From the human T2T-CHM13v2.0 reference genome, Homo sapiens, in assembly GCF_009914755.1 (NCBI RefSeq), contig NC_060926.1: a DNA stretch of 64,000 nucleotides; one strand, written 5' to 3'. The stretch's first letter is position 1; every line of letters starts with the position of its first letter. A program made the position numbers and the translations under genes. Shown piece by piece: positions 27,601 through 40,799 of the stretch. Under the pieces are notes generated by a model, which made no database searches, was not told the DNA's origin, and worked only from the letters and a program-made list of their open reading frames with translations.

Positions 27601-28647
27601 ACAGTGCTATAGAATTTCTTTAATATTTCAGAATATCTGCCTGTTGCCTTTATACGTAATTTAGCTAGTTATAATTCTGATGTTACACTTTGTTCCTCTC
27701 AGAACTTACAGACACTGCTCCATTTTTTCTGGCAGCATTGCAAGTTGCAGTGTAGAAAACTGAGACCAGCCTGATTTCCACACACATCCTCGATTTTTGT
27801 TTCTACCTAGATCCCTGAAATAAATTTTCCCAATTTTTTATTTCAAAAATTAAAACAAGTAGAAAAACATCTAGATTCAGCAATTGCTGATATTTTCCAT
27901 ATTTGCTTTGTCTCATGTATGTGTATGTCTGCATGTGTATGTATATATTTCTCTATTTCCATCCACATTTCTTCCTGAATTAGCTAGAAATAAGCTGCAA
28001 ACAATATTTTACTACTAAATACTTCAGGATGTGTTTCATAAGATTTTCCTAAAAATAAAAACAGCAATTCCTTAATATCCTCTAGTATGCATTCTGCATT
28101 CAAACTTCCCTAACCACTGTTTTTCCCCACATTCTATTTAAAATGTGGGGGAAAAACAAAACAAAACCAGCAGGATCCGATCAGGATTCACACAGTGTTT
28201 TTCGTTGTTACATCTCTTTAGTCTCTTTTACTAAAGCAAGAATAATCCCTTGCTTTTTAGTTTTTTAGTTGTTGTTATTACATTTACCTTTTGATGAGGC
28301 TAGGTCATTTGTGTTATATACTGTCCTACCTTCTGGCTTTACCTGATTGTTTTCTTGTGATTTCAATTAACTCATTCATCTATGCCATTTTTTCTATAAA
28401 CTGAAAGTTAGGTCTCAAGGCTTAATTAGACTTGGGTTAGATATTATTTGGTAAAAATGTTTTATGCAGCATTTTATACTCATCACATCAGGAGGCAGGA
28501 GGAGCAAGTTGTTCTGCCACTAACGACACTAAGTTTGAAAAGCTGAGATAGTGTCCTCCAGATCTCTTCATTTAAAGGTAAATAATCTGTGGGATGATTT
28601 TTTTTTTAGCTTATAGGAACACCCTTTCATCGGATTATTTCAGTATA

Positions 28648-28865
28648 CAGTCGATCCTTGAACAACACAAGTTTGAACTGTGTGGGTCCACTTTATATGA
28701 GGAGTTTCATTCTGCCTCTGCCACTCCTGAGTTAGCAACATCAACTCCTCTTCCACCTCCTCCTCAGCCTACTCAACGTGAAGACGTTGAGGATGAAGAC
28801 CTTTATAATGATCCACTTCCACTTAATGAATAGTAAATATATCTTTTCCTCCTTATGATTTTCTT
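28648..28865 (+). mobile_element. Tigger2a (MER28) 5' half
   Basis: TA|CAGTCGATCCTTGAACAACAC...GAGGATGAAGACCTTTAT...CCACTTAATGAATAGTAAAT; the right end is absent. Confidence 0.8.
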
Positions 28866-28881
28866 TTCTTTTTCTGAGACG

Positions 28882-29125
28882 AGGCAAGGAGGAGCAAGTC
28901 ACATCTTACATGGATGGTGGCAGGCAAAGAGAGCTTGTGCAGGGAACTTCTGTTTTTAAAACCATCAGATCTCGTGAGACTCATTCACTATCACGAGAAC
29001 AGTGCAGGAAAGACCTACCCCCATCATTCAACCACCTCCCACCAGGTTTCTCCCACAACACATCAGAATTGTGGGAGTTACAATTCAAGATGAGATTTGG
29101 GTGGGGTCACAGCCAAACCATGTCA
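28882..29125 (-). mobile_element. THE1-family LTR, partial
   Basis: GGAGCAAGTCACATCTTAC...GAGATTTGGGTGGGGTCACAGCCAAACCATGTCA corresponds to the THE1 5' portion on the minus strand. Confidence 0.85.
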
Positions 29126-29979
29126 CTGATATCTTAAATTCATGTTGTAACTAAGTTCTTCTCTAGCAGAGAATGTAAACTGTCTTCCAGATGGGGTTCT
29201 TCATCTATCTTTTGCATGTTATATACCTTTCTTTCAGGATTTTAGTTTGTGTTTGCTACGCCCTTTCTTTTCATCTTGCTCAGTTTGGATAGGGGCAGCT
29301 ATTTCTAGATCATGTATCTATTCTGATATATTTTATATAAGTTATTGTTTACATCCTTCCCACTTTATCTAGGAATGAACTGATCTTCTCAGAGCTAAAA
29401 TATGGTGGCTGACTACTGTTTCCCCCCCTCCCCACTTTTCTGTAGCCTAATATTGGAAAAGAGTAGAGCAGGAAAATGGGTGAAATCTACTGGGACTAAG
29501 TACAGCCTCCACTAAGAGACAAGGTTTTGCTCTTGCTTAAGGTACTATGAAATGACCAGTTCCAGGACGTATCCCATGCAGCCAAAGATATATCTCACAC
29601 CTATGAATGTTGGATTATTCCTTTGACTCTGCATAGTACAACCATCATTCAACCATCTCCCTGATGATGGCAGGTCCTGGTGAAACTATTTTTGCTGAAG
29701 ACCTAAAGTAATATGTAGGATCTTCTCTAACGTATGCCCCTTCTTCACCTCAGCCTCTAAAAATGTATACTTACATTTTACTTTTCCAAATTGGAGCATT
29801 TTTTGTGAGAATTTTCATGAGTTTTTCAACTTATCTTCTGTCCTTACTACTGTTTGTTGAATCTTTTTCCCTCTTATTATTTAGGAAACTTCAGGAAGTA
29901 AATTCTGAGACTTTGCTTTACTCAAGTATTACTTTCTCATCGTTTAATAATAAATGGATCTATGTCTTGGGTTGGGAGG

Positions 29980-30170
29980 TATGGGAGTAGTGGTTAATAA
30001 CACTGGTTCTGTAGTTGGACAGACCTAAATTTGATTCTGGTTCTGCCACTTATTGAATAATCTTGGTTAAATTACTTATTTTCTGGGTCTCAGTTTCCTC
30101 ACATTAAAATGAAGTTATCTACTCATAGGGTTGTTGTAAGGATTTAGAGAGATAAGGGATGTAAAGTGCC
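29980..30170 (+). mobile_element. MIR
   Basis: CTCAGTTTCCTCACATTAAAATG core. Confidence 0.75.
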
Positions 30171-30189
30171 ATTTATTTTTTTCCCACAG

Positions 30190-30900
30190 TTTAAGAATCC
30201 TCTATTTTTAGTTAGGTACATGGTTGCCCAGAATAAAAACTAGTTCCTAAATCTCCTTGCAGCTAGGTATGCCTACATAACTAAGTTCAGACCAATAGCA
30301 TATAAACAGAAAAGACTTGGGGTAGCTTTTTCTTTTTTATTTTGAGATCTCACTCTGTTGCCCAGGCTATAGTCTAATGGCGTGGTAACAGCTCACTGCA
30401 GCCTCAATCTCCTGGGCTTAAGCAATTCCTTCCACCTCAGCCTCCTGAGTAGCTGGGACTACAGGCCTGTGCCACTACACCCAGCTATTTTTGTAGTTTT
30501 TGTAGAGAAGGAGTGTCACCAAAGCCCAGCCTGGTCTAGTACTCCTGGGCTCAAGCAGTCCTCCCGCCTTGGCCTCCCAAAGTGTTGGGATTACAGGTGT
30601 GAGGCACTGTGCCTGGCCTAGGGTAGCTTTTGAGCATCTTCCTTTTAAAGGCAGCCAGGATGTGCCCCATGACCCTTCTCTTCTTTGAAATGTACTTGAA
30701 ATGTACGTTTGATGGCTAGTACTACATCTTGGACCATGAGGTCTAGGGACAGCAGAGCAGAATGCTGGCATGCTGCCAGTAGCCTGAGTACTCAAGGATT
30801 CCTTTAAGCAGAGCCATCATTCTAGGCCTGTACTACCTCCAGGTTTTTGTGAGAAATAAAATTCTATCAAGTTTAAATCATGGCTATTTTGGGTTTCATT
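30190..30900 (+). mobile_element. LTR33-like relic split by AluJ
   Basis: CTCCTTGCAGCTAGGTATG...ACTAAGTTC before the Alu; GTGAGAAATAAAATTCTATC after it. Confidence 0.5.
30331..30618 (-). mobile_element. AluJ
   Basis: AluJ diagnostics (CACTGCAGCCTC, CTCCTGGGCTCAAG); TSD GGGTAGCTTTT. Confidence 0.9.
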
Positions 30901-30949
30901 TACAGGTGAACTTACTCTACCATCTAAACAATTTCTTTCATCATTCTTA

Positions 30950-31180
30950 GCATTTAAGAGCAGCGTCTGGAGTCAGACTGCCTGAGTTCAAATCCAGGCT
31001 TTGTCACTATTTTGTGCATTCCTGGGCAAGTTACTTAAACTTTCCTTACCTTCATTTCTTCATCTGTAAAATGAGGAAATAACAGTAACTACTTCATAGG
31101 ATTATTACTGGGGTGAAGATCAAATTATCTGATACACGTAAAGCACCATTTATAGTGCCTGGAACATAGTAACTGCTATT
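30950..31180 (+). mobile_element. MIR
   Basis: CTGGAGTCAGACTGCCTGAGTTCAAATCC...CATCTGTAAAATGAGG. Confidence 0.85.
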
Positions 31181-32071
31181 CATTACAACAACATAATGTT
31201 ATTATATTATGAGTTTTACTCATGCTTTTTAATACTGCTTATTTCCAAAGGACACTACCAGTCTTATTTGACACTTTCAAGTAGAGGTTACTATCTACTG
31301 CCATATAGTAATAATTAACATTTATCTAATGCTTTACAAATTAACTTTTCACGTATGTATTACTTTGTTTCATTCTTACAATTATCCTGTGGGGTGAGTA
31401 CTGCTATACTTTATTAAATGAGGAGAGTAAAGATCAGAGGATTTAGTGATTTGCCTAAGGTTACAATTGTAAGTGGCTGACTCAGACTTACTCCTCCAAC
31501 TCATTTAACAGTCTGGTACAGCATGGGGGTCATTAGTTATACTAAAGATAATTTAGGAAATGAATATGTTCCATCCATTTCTATTTAAGAGACTTCTTTT
31601 CAATACATTTGTACATTTTCTCTGGAAAGTGTCTCTTCCTTTCTAGACCACTGCCACTATCTCTAACGCAGCCTCAAGCACTACCCCAGACTTCTAATAC
31701 CTCATGCTTTGATTACTGCTTTCATTGCTATTCCCTTATTTTTATTCAAAAAATCAATGACTCCATTATTTTAAGGATACAGCGCAAACCCCTATGCTGA
31801 GCTCCATCTACAATCTAACCTTTCATGTGTCCTCTTGATCTTATATGAATTCTCCCTTGCACCAAACTGGGTATTCTCTTTAGTGTTCTCTAAATCCACT
31901 TTTCTGCATCTACACTTTTGTTTATTCCCTAAACGCATGTAGAACGCTCTTTCAATTTATCTTTACTTATCTCAATTCTATCTATATTTCCTAGTTCCTC
32001 CATGAAACTTTTCCTGATGTATTTTATCTGGAAAAACTCTTCCTCTTCTGAATTCTTATATAGAACTTACT

Positions 32072-32373
32072 GGCCAGGCACAGTGGCTCATGCCTGTAAT
32101 CCCAGCAATTTGGGAAGCCGAGGCGGGCAGAACACCTGAGGTCGGGAGTTGGAGACCAGCCTGGCCAACAGGGCGAAACCCTGTCTCTACTAAAAATACA
32201 AAAATTAGCTGGGCGTGGTGGTGCGTATCTGTAATCCCAGCTACACAGGAGGCTGAGGCAGGATAATCGTTTGAACCCAGGAGGCGGAGGTTGCAGTGAG
32301 CCAAGATCACGATATTCTAGCCTGGGCAACGGCCTGTTTTGTCTCAAAACAAAACAAAACAAAAAGAACAACA
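32072..32373 (+). mobile_element. AluS
   Basis: Full Alu with (A)nC-patterned tail; TSD AACTTACT. Confidence 0.93.
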
Positions 32374-33402
32374 AAAACTTACTGTCTTTATATAATTCAT
32401 TTGGCACTGTTTTATGGCACGACATCATTGATCAACTATATTTTTGCTTCTATCTCAAACCTTTCTCAGGCCGTGTTTTTGTTTTTGGCAGTGTTCTTGT
32501 TGCCTAGCACAGTGCCATCTCACTTATTTGTTGATTCTGTTTCCTTAAAAACAAAGATGAGACCAATTCAAATCCTCATTACTGCGGGCAGCAACAAATC
32601 ATCCAAACTCTGGCACTTCCAGTTCTTTCGAGCTTTCCTACCAGGTCGGAGGGTTGTCTTAAAACTTGAGGGAGATGAACTGAGTAAGCGATTACACTGA
32701 AAGCATGGGAGGGAAAGGACGTTCCAAACGTCCAATCCATCATCCTTTTGCAGCCTCTTAGTCACTGGGATTTTGAAATCTCTTTCCAAAGACTAGCTAT
32801 GGCCCTAAATTGGAAATAGGCTACTTGAGAACACAGTGGATTCATAGTTCATCTCGGGCAGTTTTAGGAGAAATGCCACCAGCTTCTGCGTTTGAAGGCC
32901 AAGGTTAGCTGTTCATGGCGTGAGCACCTTCCTGCTTCCAACCTCCGGTTATCTGTAAATACCCAAGTCCTCTAATTTAGGACGCAGGTCATGGGAAGAC
33001 GCTGGTTCTTAGGGCAGAAGTGAGCTCACATTCCCAGCATTTTTCTTAAACTTGGCAGAACTGCACTTTAACAAATTAAAATCCATGTGAATGAAAAGGA
33101 AAACTTAAGTAGGAAACAAACTTAAGCTTGAGTCAGTTACAGCATGGTGAGGATGTCGGTTACAGCAACACTCAGAGACCGATGAAGGAGAAATTCCAGT
33201 GGTGGGCTGGGAGACCGTCTCCATTCCAACTCCACCGCTTTTCTCTACAGAGACCCACGCACGCCAGCTCCCGCCTCAGTCACAAGGGAACGCCCGCGTG
33301 GGCAGGCAATCGTCCTTGGTGAGCCGGGATCTCCTCACCCCGAGAGCCGCAGGCTCCGCTGACGCCGGTACAGGTCTCGCTGCGACTCCCTCTGGGCGCG
33401 CG

Positions 33403-33479
33403 GAATCCTGGGACTTGTGGTCCCTTCCGCGCGCTGTCCGCCCTAACCGGCGCAGAGAGGACTACACTTCCCAGGATGC
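33403..33479. promoter_or_regulatory. Two inverted ZNF143/Staf (SBS, ACTAYRnnnCCCR-type) motifs
   Basis: + strand ACTACACTTCCCAGGATGC at 33461-33479; minus strand GGACCACAAGTCCCAGGATTC at 33403-33423. Confidence 0.65.
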
Positions 33480-33549
33480 GTCGGGGGAAGAGGCCACAGG
33501 GACAGGCAGAGGGAGGGGGCGGCCCCAGTCCTCCGGGGCGTCGCTGTTT

Positions 33550-33777
33550 CCAAGCGGCGAGATCTCGCCTAGTAACCGGCAGCTGAGGTTCACTAGCGCG
33601 GCGTTGTGGCCCCGCCCCCGGAGCCCCGGCTGGAGGAAGAACCTGTCTCCCGCGGCGCCCCAGTGACGAAGTCCATCCCCGGGTGCGGGAGGCGGGGAGG
33701 GGAGGGCAGGCAGAGGATTTCGCTCGCTCGCCCGCGCGGGATCCGGGACGCGCCGGTGGCGTCCGCTGGCAGCAGAG
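33550..33777 (+). other. EML6: Candidate non-coding first exon of EML6 (start approximate)
   Basis: Lies just downstream of promoter motifs in the CpG island. Candidate donor GAG|GTTAGA at 33777/33778. An upstream exon is implied by the acceptor at 34548. The TSS cannot be fixed from sequence. Confidence 0.4.
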
Positions 33778-34548
33778 GTTAGAGGCAGAGAGCGCGCGGA
33801 TGCTCCGCGGGCGAGGCTGGTTCGAGAGTGGGAGGAGTGCAGGGCGCCGCCAGGGCGGCAGTGCGCGCGGGCCGAACAGTCCTGAGGGCGGGCATCCCTC
33901 GCGCAGCGCGCCGACCCCCGGGACGTGTGCGTCTGTGGGGGGTTGCTGTCCCCCGGGTCCCTCGGGCGACCCCTCTCCACGCTGGGCTCAGGGCAGGACC
34001 CGGGATTCCGTGGGACCCGGTGTTTAGCGCAGAGGTTTCTGGGGAGAAGTACACGATTTTTGCCACTTGTTATTTGATTTCTCCTCGACCAGGAGCGTTT
34101 GTAGGTAGCGCACTCCCTCCGACTGCACTAGTGCCTCGTTTCTTCCGAGTAAGACAATCTTTCATGATGCGGATTGGAGTTGCTGATCAATGAGAGCTGC
34201 TAAGTTCTTTATGGCTTTCTCGGTGAAGAGAAGGTTCACGGAGGATATGATTATTAAACACACACATGAAAACTAATTGGAGCATCTAAAAAATGACCAT
34301 TGCATATTCGCCCTCGCTTATTAGGGAAACAGCAAGCGTTCCTTCAAATCGCATCAGCAACTGCCAGGCAGCAGCATTTACGCATATTTCATATCATTAA
34401 GGAGATGGAACTGGAGAGAGAAAGCGGGAGTAGGGGACAATTTTTAAAAATACCCAACTTGGTTTAGTTTGGGGATAATTTTCTTGGATTGGGTGACTTA
34501 TGCGAAAAATCTGTTTCTTTCTTCCTCGCTCTCGCTTCCTGGATATAG

Positions 34549-35259
<711 letters not shown>

Positions 35260-38200
35260 TAAGGGGGTGGCCAGGGGCGGCGGGGAGGGGTTGCGTGTGG
35301 AGGCTGGGAAGGTGGGAAGCGGTTGACCTGGGGTCGGATCCGGGAGCCCCGTGGAATAGAGGATTCTCTCTGGAGCCGCATGGAATTACTGAAGGGCTGC
35401 TGATTCTAGGGCCAGGGCAGAAACAGTGTGGGGAGTGTAGGTGAGGAGGGAGAGATGTCTTTTCGCTGTATCCCTCCGGAATTCTGGCTTTTAAATCTCC
35501 AAGGAGTTGAGTGTTCTGATGCTTTCTTGCTGTTCTTTCCTGCTACAAGTGGAAGGAGCCTGGGTAACTATGAAACACTTCTTCCTTCCCTAACCAGGTG
35601 CACGGTAGGACCAATAACCTGAAGTGTGGGCATCATCTTTGGGAGGCTCCTCAGTGGGTTTCTCAGTAAGCAAGAGGATTAAAAAAGATCTAAAAGAAAT
35701 TTTACTACTGGTAATTTGGAATCTTCATCTCAGATGCTTTGGACCTGGGAAATTTCTGCAGTGGGTGGGGAGTTTGTTCTCTAATATTTCACTTGGCAGT
35801 GTTTTAATGCCCAAAGCATATTTATACACTAAATGGATGCTTCCACAGCATCATTGAGGTTATTAAAGGCTGGCAGCTGCTGGATCACAAAATCCTACCA
35901 GCCAGCCCACACAATGACCAACATCTGCTAGCGGATGGCCCAAGACTGACTGACAGGAGAGCTCATTTGGATGAATGGCCGTTTTAGGGGCCCTCCCGAT
36001 TAAATGGAAAGGGGTTATATTGTGATTCTTGGCCCTATCCTCTCATCTTTGGACCAGACACATTTTCCTCCAGCCCTTGTCAGCTTTTATGTGAGCAAAC
36101 AAGGTATGGGCCAGATGCTGTTCACAGGGAATCCTTTTCAGCCTTCAGCAGTTAAGGAAGATTTTCGTCATATGGGAGCCTCAGCCCACAGGGAAAATGA
36201 CTTGCTGAGGATGGACTACAACTGACAGAGACCATATTTATACCTTCCAAACTTGTGTGTTTCATTGATGTAGAACAACTACCATTACATTCTCAGAATA
36301 TTGCCACTTTTGCTCTAAGTTTGTCTTTCACAATGAAATAAATGAAGTGATGTCATGTCCATGCTCCTAATTTCTCAGTGCAGAGAATGATTTCAAAGAT
36401 CAGCTTTTTTTTCCCTTCCTAATGATGTGCTTATATTCCAGAGCCTTTTTTTTTTCTGAGACCTAAAGTTGAAAAATTGTTACAGAAGGCAAGCACTTAA
36501 TATTCAAACTACAGATTTTAAAAAATCTTGACTTTTTTTGAAGATGGGAGTGCTAATGTTCTCAAGATTTAGTGGAACTAGCATGTAAAACTTTTTTCAT
36601 GTCACGTATGACACAAATAGCTTTTTTTCTTCCCTCCCTAACATGGTAGTTGTTGTGCTTGGGGCATCCTTACATAGTTTTGTTCTGCAGATTTTGCTTC
36701 TCTAATTGCTAGGCTGATTATGAAAGTTACAGGTGCAAATGATTAACAATGACTCATGAAAAGGTTAGATGTTTAAAAATTTAAACCCATTATGTTTTTG
36801 CTCTCTCTGTCTTAATGCAGTGCTTTCCATTACAGCATCAAAATAAGATGTAGTCCTTTGGGTGAAGGGAGAGAGTGGCAATTAAACAGAAAATTCTCTG
36901 TGGTTAAATAATATTAATGTGACAGTTCACTGAACTACTTTGTGGATTTGAACTCCTAATCCTAATTTTTTCTCTGATACAAGGAAAAAAACCAAATGCA
37001 CTGTTGAAGCTGAAGGTGGGAAAAGGGTGGAGTTGCAGTAAACCGTTGTTATGACAAGCAGCCGGGCTAGTGGGATGTGATGAAATCTAGCTTGGGTGGT
37101 TAAGGAAACATTCAGATTTGAAGAAAAGGTGAATGAAGTGATGTGTATAACTGGGTTTGCAGGGAGCCTTAACTGATGAAGGGAAAAAGAGACAGTTAGC
37201 ATCTGATCTATTCATTAAGCTACTTTAGTGACATAGTAGTAAGCCTGATTTCAGAGGAAGGACTGTATTCATAATTCTCCACAATATTTGGTTGGGTCAG
37301 AGTATGTATAGGTGAGCAGAGCAGAGCAGAGTTCCTTAACATCCAAATATGTCTTTGTACACAAGAATAAAATTAAGTTCAATGAATTAAGAAACACAAA
37401 CCACAGATTATTATGGAATTAAGAGCTATGAAATTGGAATGTTTATGCTGTTCTTTTGCTTTGTCTTACATATGTAAATATCTTTTTCTGGTGAAGACAC
37501 TGCACAAACCACAATGCACAATTTTTTGTCCTTATGAATTTTAATTCGTTTCTGTGTATCCCGGTTACTACTATTCTTCCACCTGAAATATTGAAGTTTG
37601 TTATTAAATGGAGAGGACTATAGCTAAGGTTCTAATGCAAAAGTGTTTTGGTTTTTTATTGAATCATTACATGAATATCAAAACTTGTTCGTTTCTAATT
37701 CTTGTTTCCATCAGGTGAGATAGCATAAGTAATTGTCCACTTGGTACATAGCTTTTGCATTAGTTTGAAAGATATATTCATATGCATACATCTATACTGC
37801 TTTATTTTTTGTGCTGTTTTGCCAAGAATATTAACTAGAAAGCAGCCCAACAAGTATTGATAACACACTCCATTTTATAAAACCATGTGATCTCCAAGAT
37901 CATAATGAACCCTAATAATAATGTAGGTTTTGGCAGAGCTCATTAGGGCTCAGCATATGTGTCCTTCTGCTTTGACAGGCTATATGTCTAAGTCAGATTT
38001 TTAAAGATGTTGCTATGTGAGGCATAATATAATTTACTGAATGTGGAGGCTTAGTTTTATTCTCTTGAATATTACTTTTTAATTCAGATAACAGATTAGA
38101 AGATGATGCCATATTTTAGACCTGATAACATTGTGATAGAACAAGTGAATACTTAAAGTAATATTTGCTATTGGGCTAACAACAAGATGCAAATCAGGGC

Positions 38201-38479
38201 TTGATACCAAGGACAGTAATAGAGACTGGGATAATTACTAACTTGGTTTCTACTTTAGGTAGTAGAACATGACACAGAGAATGGGAGTAAATGAAAGAAA
38301 AGCCTGTGAACACATTCATCCTCTGTTACTTCCCTTCCATTTTCACAGTGATTCCAGTTGAGACATTTATCTCCTCACTCTGGACCACTATATGTATTGC
38401 TTCTGGCTAGTTCCCTGTCTCCAGGTTCTTCTGCCTCGTTTTCCGGCTCCCATTTGCAAAGGAGGTTTATGTACAATGC

Positions 38480-38710
38480 TGCTTTAGGGGAAAGGGCACT
38501 GACTTCGTTATCATGCACACTTGGGTATAAATCCCACTCTGCCATTTACCGGGGGTATCTGGGTGAGTGGCATCACTTTTCAGGGCCTTGTTTATTTGTG
38601 AAATGGGAATGACAATACCTAAACTGCAGAGTTGTAACTATTAGAAAAAAATGTATGCAAAGGGTTTAGTGTGGGGCCTGGCCCTTAGTTGGTGCTCAAT
38701 AAATATTCTT
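38480..38710 (+). mobile_element. MIR
   Basis: TGTGAAATGGGAATGACAATACCT...GGTGCTCAATAAAT. Confidence 0.7.
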
Positions 38711-39434
38711 AGTTGTGGTAGAAGTAGTATTTCACTAAACACACACACACCCCCAGAACAAAACAATGATTCATCATTGCTCACAGGCAGAAGTCCAGAT
38801 TCCTAAGCTTTCTGTTCTCTCTCCTAACCTACCATCCTATCCTTATTTTCCTTTTTTAAAAAATCATAAATTCTTTGCTTCCCACTTGCCATATGATGAC
38901 TCTGTTCTTCCCTGCCTCACAGTGGAATGATTCATCTTCCCCGCTGGCCCTTCTCTGTCTGTCCAGCCGCACCCCTCCAATGGCATAGCAGTGGGAGCTT
39001 GGACTTTGCTGTCAGTCATACTTGAGTTTGAACCTAGGACTGCCACCAGCTGGCGACTTTAATAAACCTCTTCGAATCTTAACTATCTCATCAGTGAAAC
39101 AACTTTTCACTTATAAAATGGAGTTTTAAAGTATCTCCTTTGTAGTTTGTTGTGGGGATTACATACAAAAATGTTTGGCCAGTGGTAAGTGTGCAGCACC
39201 AGGGTCCTGTTTGCATCTGCATCCTGCAAAGCCCTATCTGCTGCAGTCTCACCTCTCCCATGAGACCTTGTACCATCCTCAGATGAAGGGGCACCTTGCA
39301 CTTCCAAAACTTTGTGTGTTTTGTGACCGATGCTGCTCACTTAATATGTATCATTTAGGGCTATCGTTTCATTCTGTTTTCATTTGTAAGCGTATATAAG
39401 ACTCTTGAGGCTGAGAGTGAATTTTATAACCAGA

Positions 39435-39670
39435 GCTAACATTTCCTGAGTGCCAAACTCAGAACTAAATGTGTATATCGATTGATCTGATCCACCCTCT
39501 CACAGTCCAGTGAGATAGGCACTGTTGCTAACCCCAGGCTACAGGGGAGGCAGCTGAGGCACAGAGAGGTTGAGGATCTTGCCTGTTGTCACTGTCTGGC
39601 AGACTGTGGAATGGGAATTGGAACCCAGATTGGTCTGATTCCAAAGCTGCAAGCTTTGGCTTCACTGCTT
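39435..39670 (-). mobile_element. MIR
   Basis: ACAGGGGAGGCAGCTGAGGCACAGAGAGG...CTGATTCCAAAGC. Confidence 0.7.
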
Positions 39671-39870
39671 TATGGCCTCTTATATTGTGGTCCCTACAAC
39701 TGTGCCTTCTTCCTAACCAGAAGGTAGTAGATTGTTGCTCTTTGTAACTTGCTTATCCTCTGTTGGTCTATAAACCGTTTGATTTATTCAAGAATATTTG
39801 AAGTAGATCATTAGAATTCTGCCTGGAAATGGGACCATGTTTAAGTTTGCTTTAGAAACATCCCCAGCTC

Positions 39871-40170
39871 GGCCAGGCTAATCCCAGCAATTTGGGAGGC
39901 TGAGGTGGGCAGATCACTTGAGCTTGGGGGTTCAGGACTAGCCTGGGTGGCATGGCAAAACCCCATCTCTACAGAAAATACAAGGGCTGGCTGGGCATGG
40001 TGGCAGGTGCCTGTGGTCCCTGATATTCCGGGACCTAGGGCCAGAGAATCTCTTTGGCCCAGGAGGCGGAGGTTGCAGTAAGCCCAGTTTGTGCTGTTGC
40101 ACTCCAGCCTGGGCGACAAGAGTGAGGCCCTGTCTCAAGAAAAAAAAAAGAAAAGAAAAAATTTAAAAAA
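39871..40170 (+). mobile_element. AluJ with small 5' deletion
   Basis: GGCCAGGCTAATCCCAGC start; imperfect TSD GAAA(C/T)ATCC(C/A)CAGCT. Confidence 0.9.
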
Positions 40171-40799
40171 GAGAAATATCCACAGCTTTGGAACAATGAC
40201 CTGAAACAATGATCTATTAGAGATTTTAATTAAAAAAAATTATTTTAGTCAAAATTGTGACATGGCTCAAATAATCTAGTGCTGCAAATACAATTGAACT
40301 TGTTGGATTTGAAGAGACAGGTCTAACAGCCATGATTGGGCCTGGAGTGTCAGGTAAGCAAGTTCACATGAAGGCCTAGAGATGTGACTTTATATTCTTT
40401 AGTCCCTTGACCAGTTTGAATAAGAGAAATATGGAGGTAACTACAAAGAATCAAATCCATATTAAGTTGAGTGCTTGCTCTGTACCAGACACTTCATGTA
40501 TATGTCATCCTATTGAATTCTCCCACCCTCAACACTGAGAAATAGGTCTTCTCATTTTACACTGAGAAATGGCTCTGCGAGGGGAAGAGATTTAATCAGA
40601 GTTACTCAATGGTACCATCCTACTGCTCATTGGATCCCACTTACTCTGTGCATTGGAAAGAGCGCAAAGTGAAAGCTTTTGACGGAAGCTTATAATGATC
40701 TTCATAAATGATTGCATTATTGCTCTTCTTATTAATAAATTATAGTCTTGTGATTTTTATTAAGATTTGTTTATTCTCTAAGTTGGGTGTAATTTATTC

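Noticed and set aside
33128-34193. ORFs of 95-172 aa over the promoter
   Set aside because: CpG-island composition artefacts without domain similarity or exon structure.
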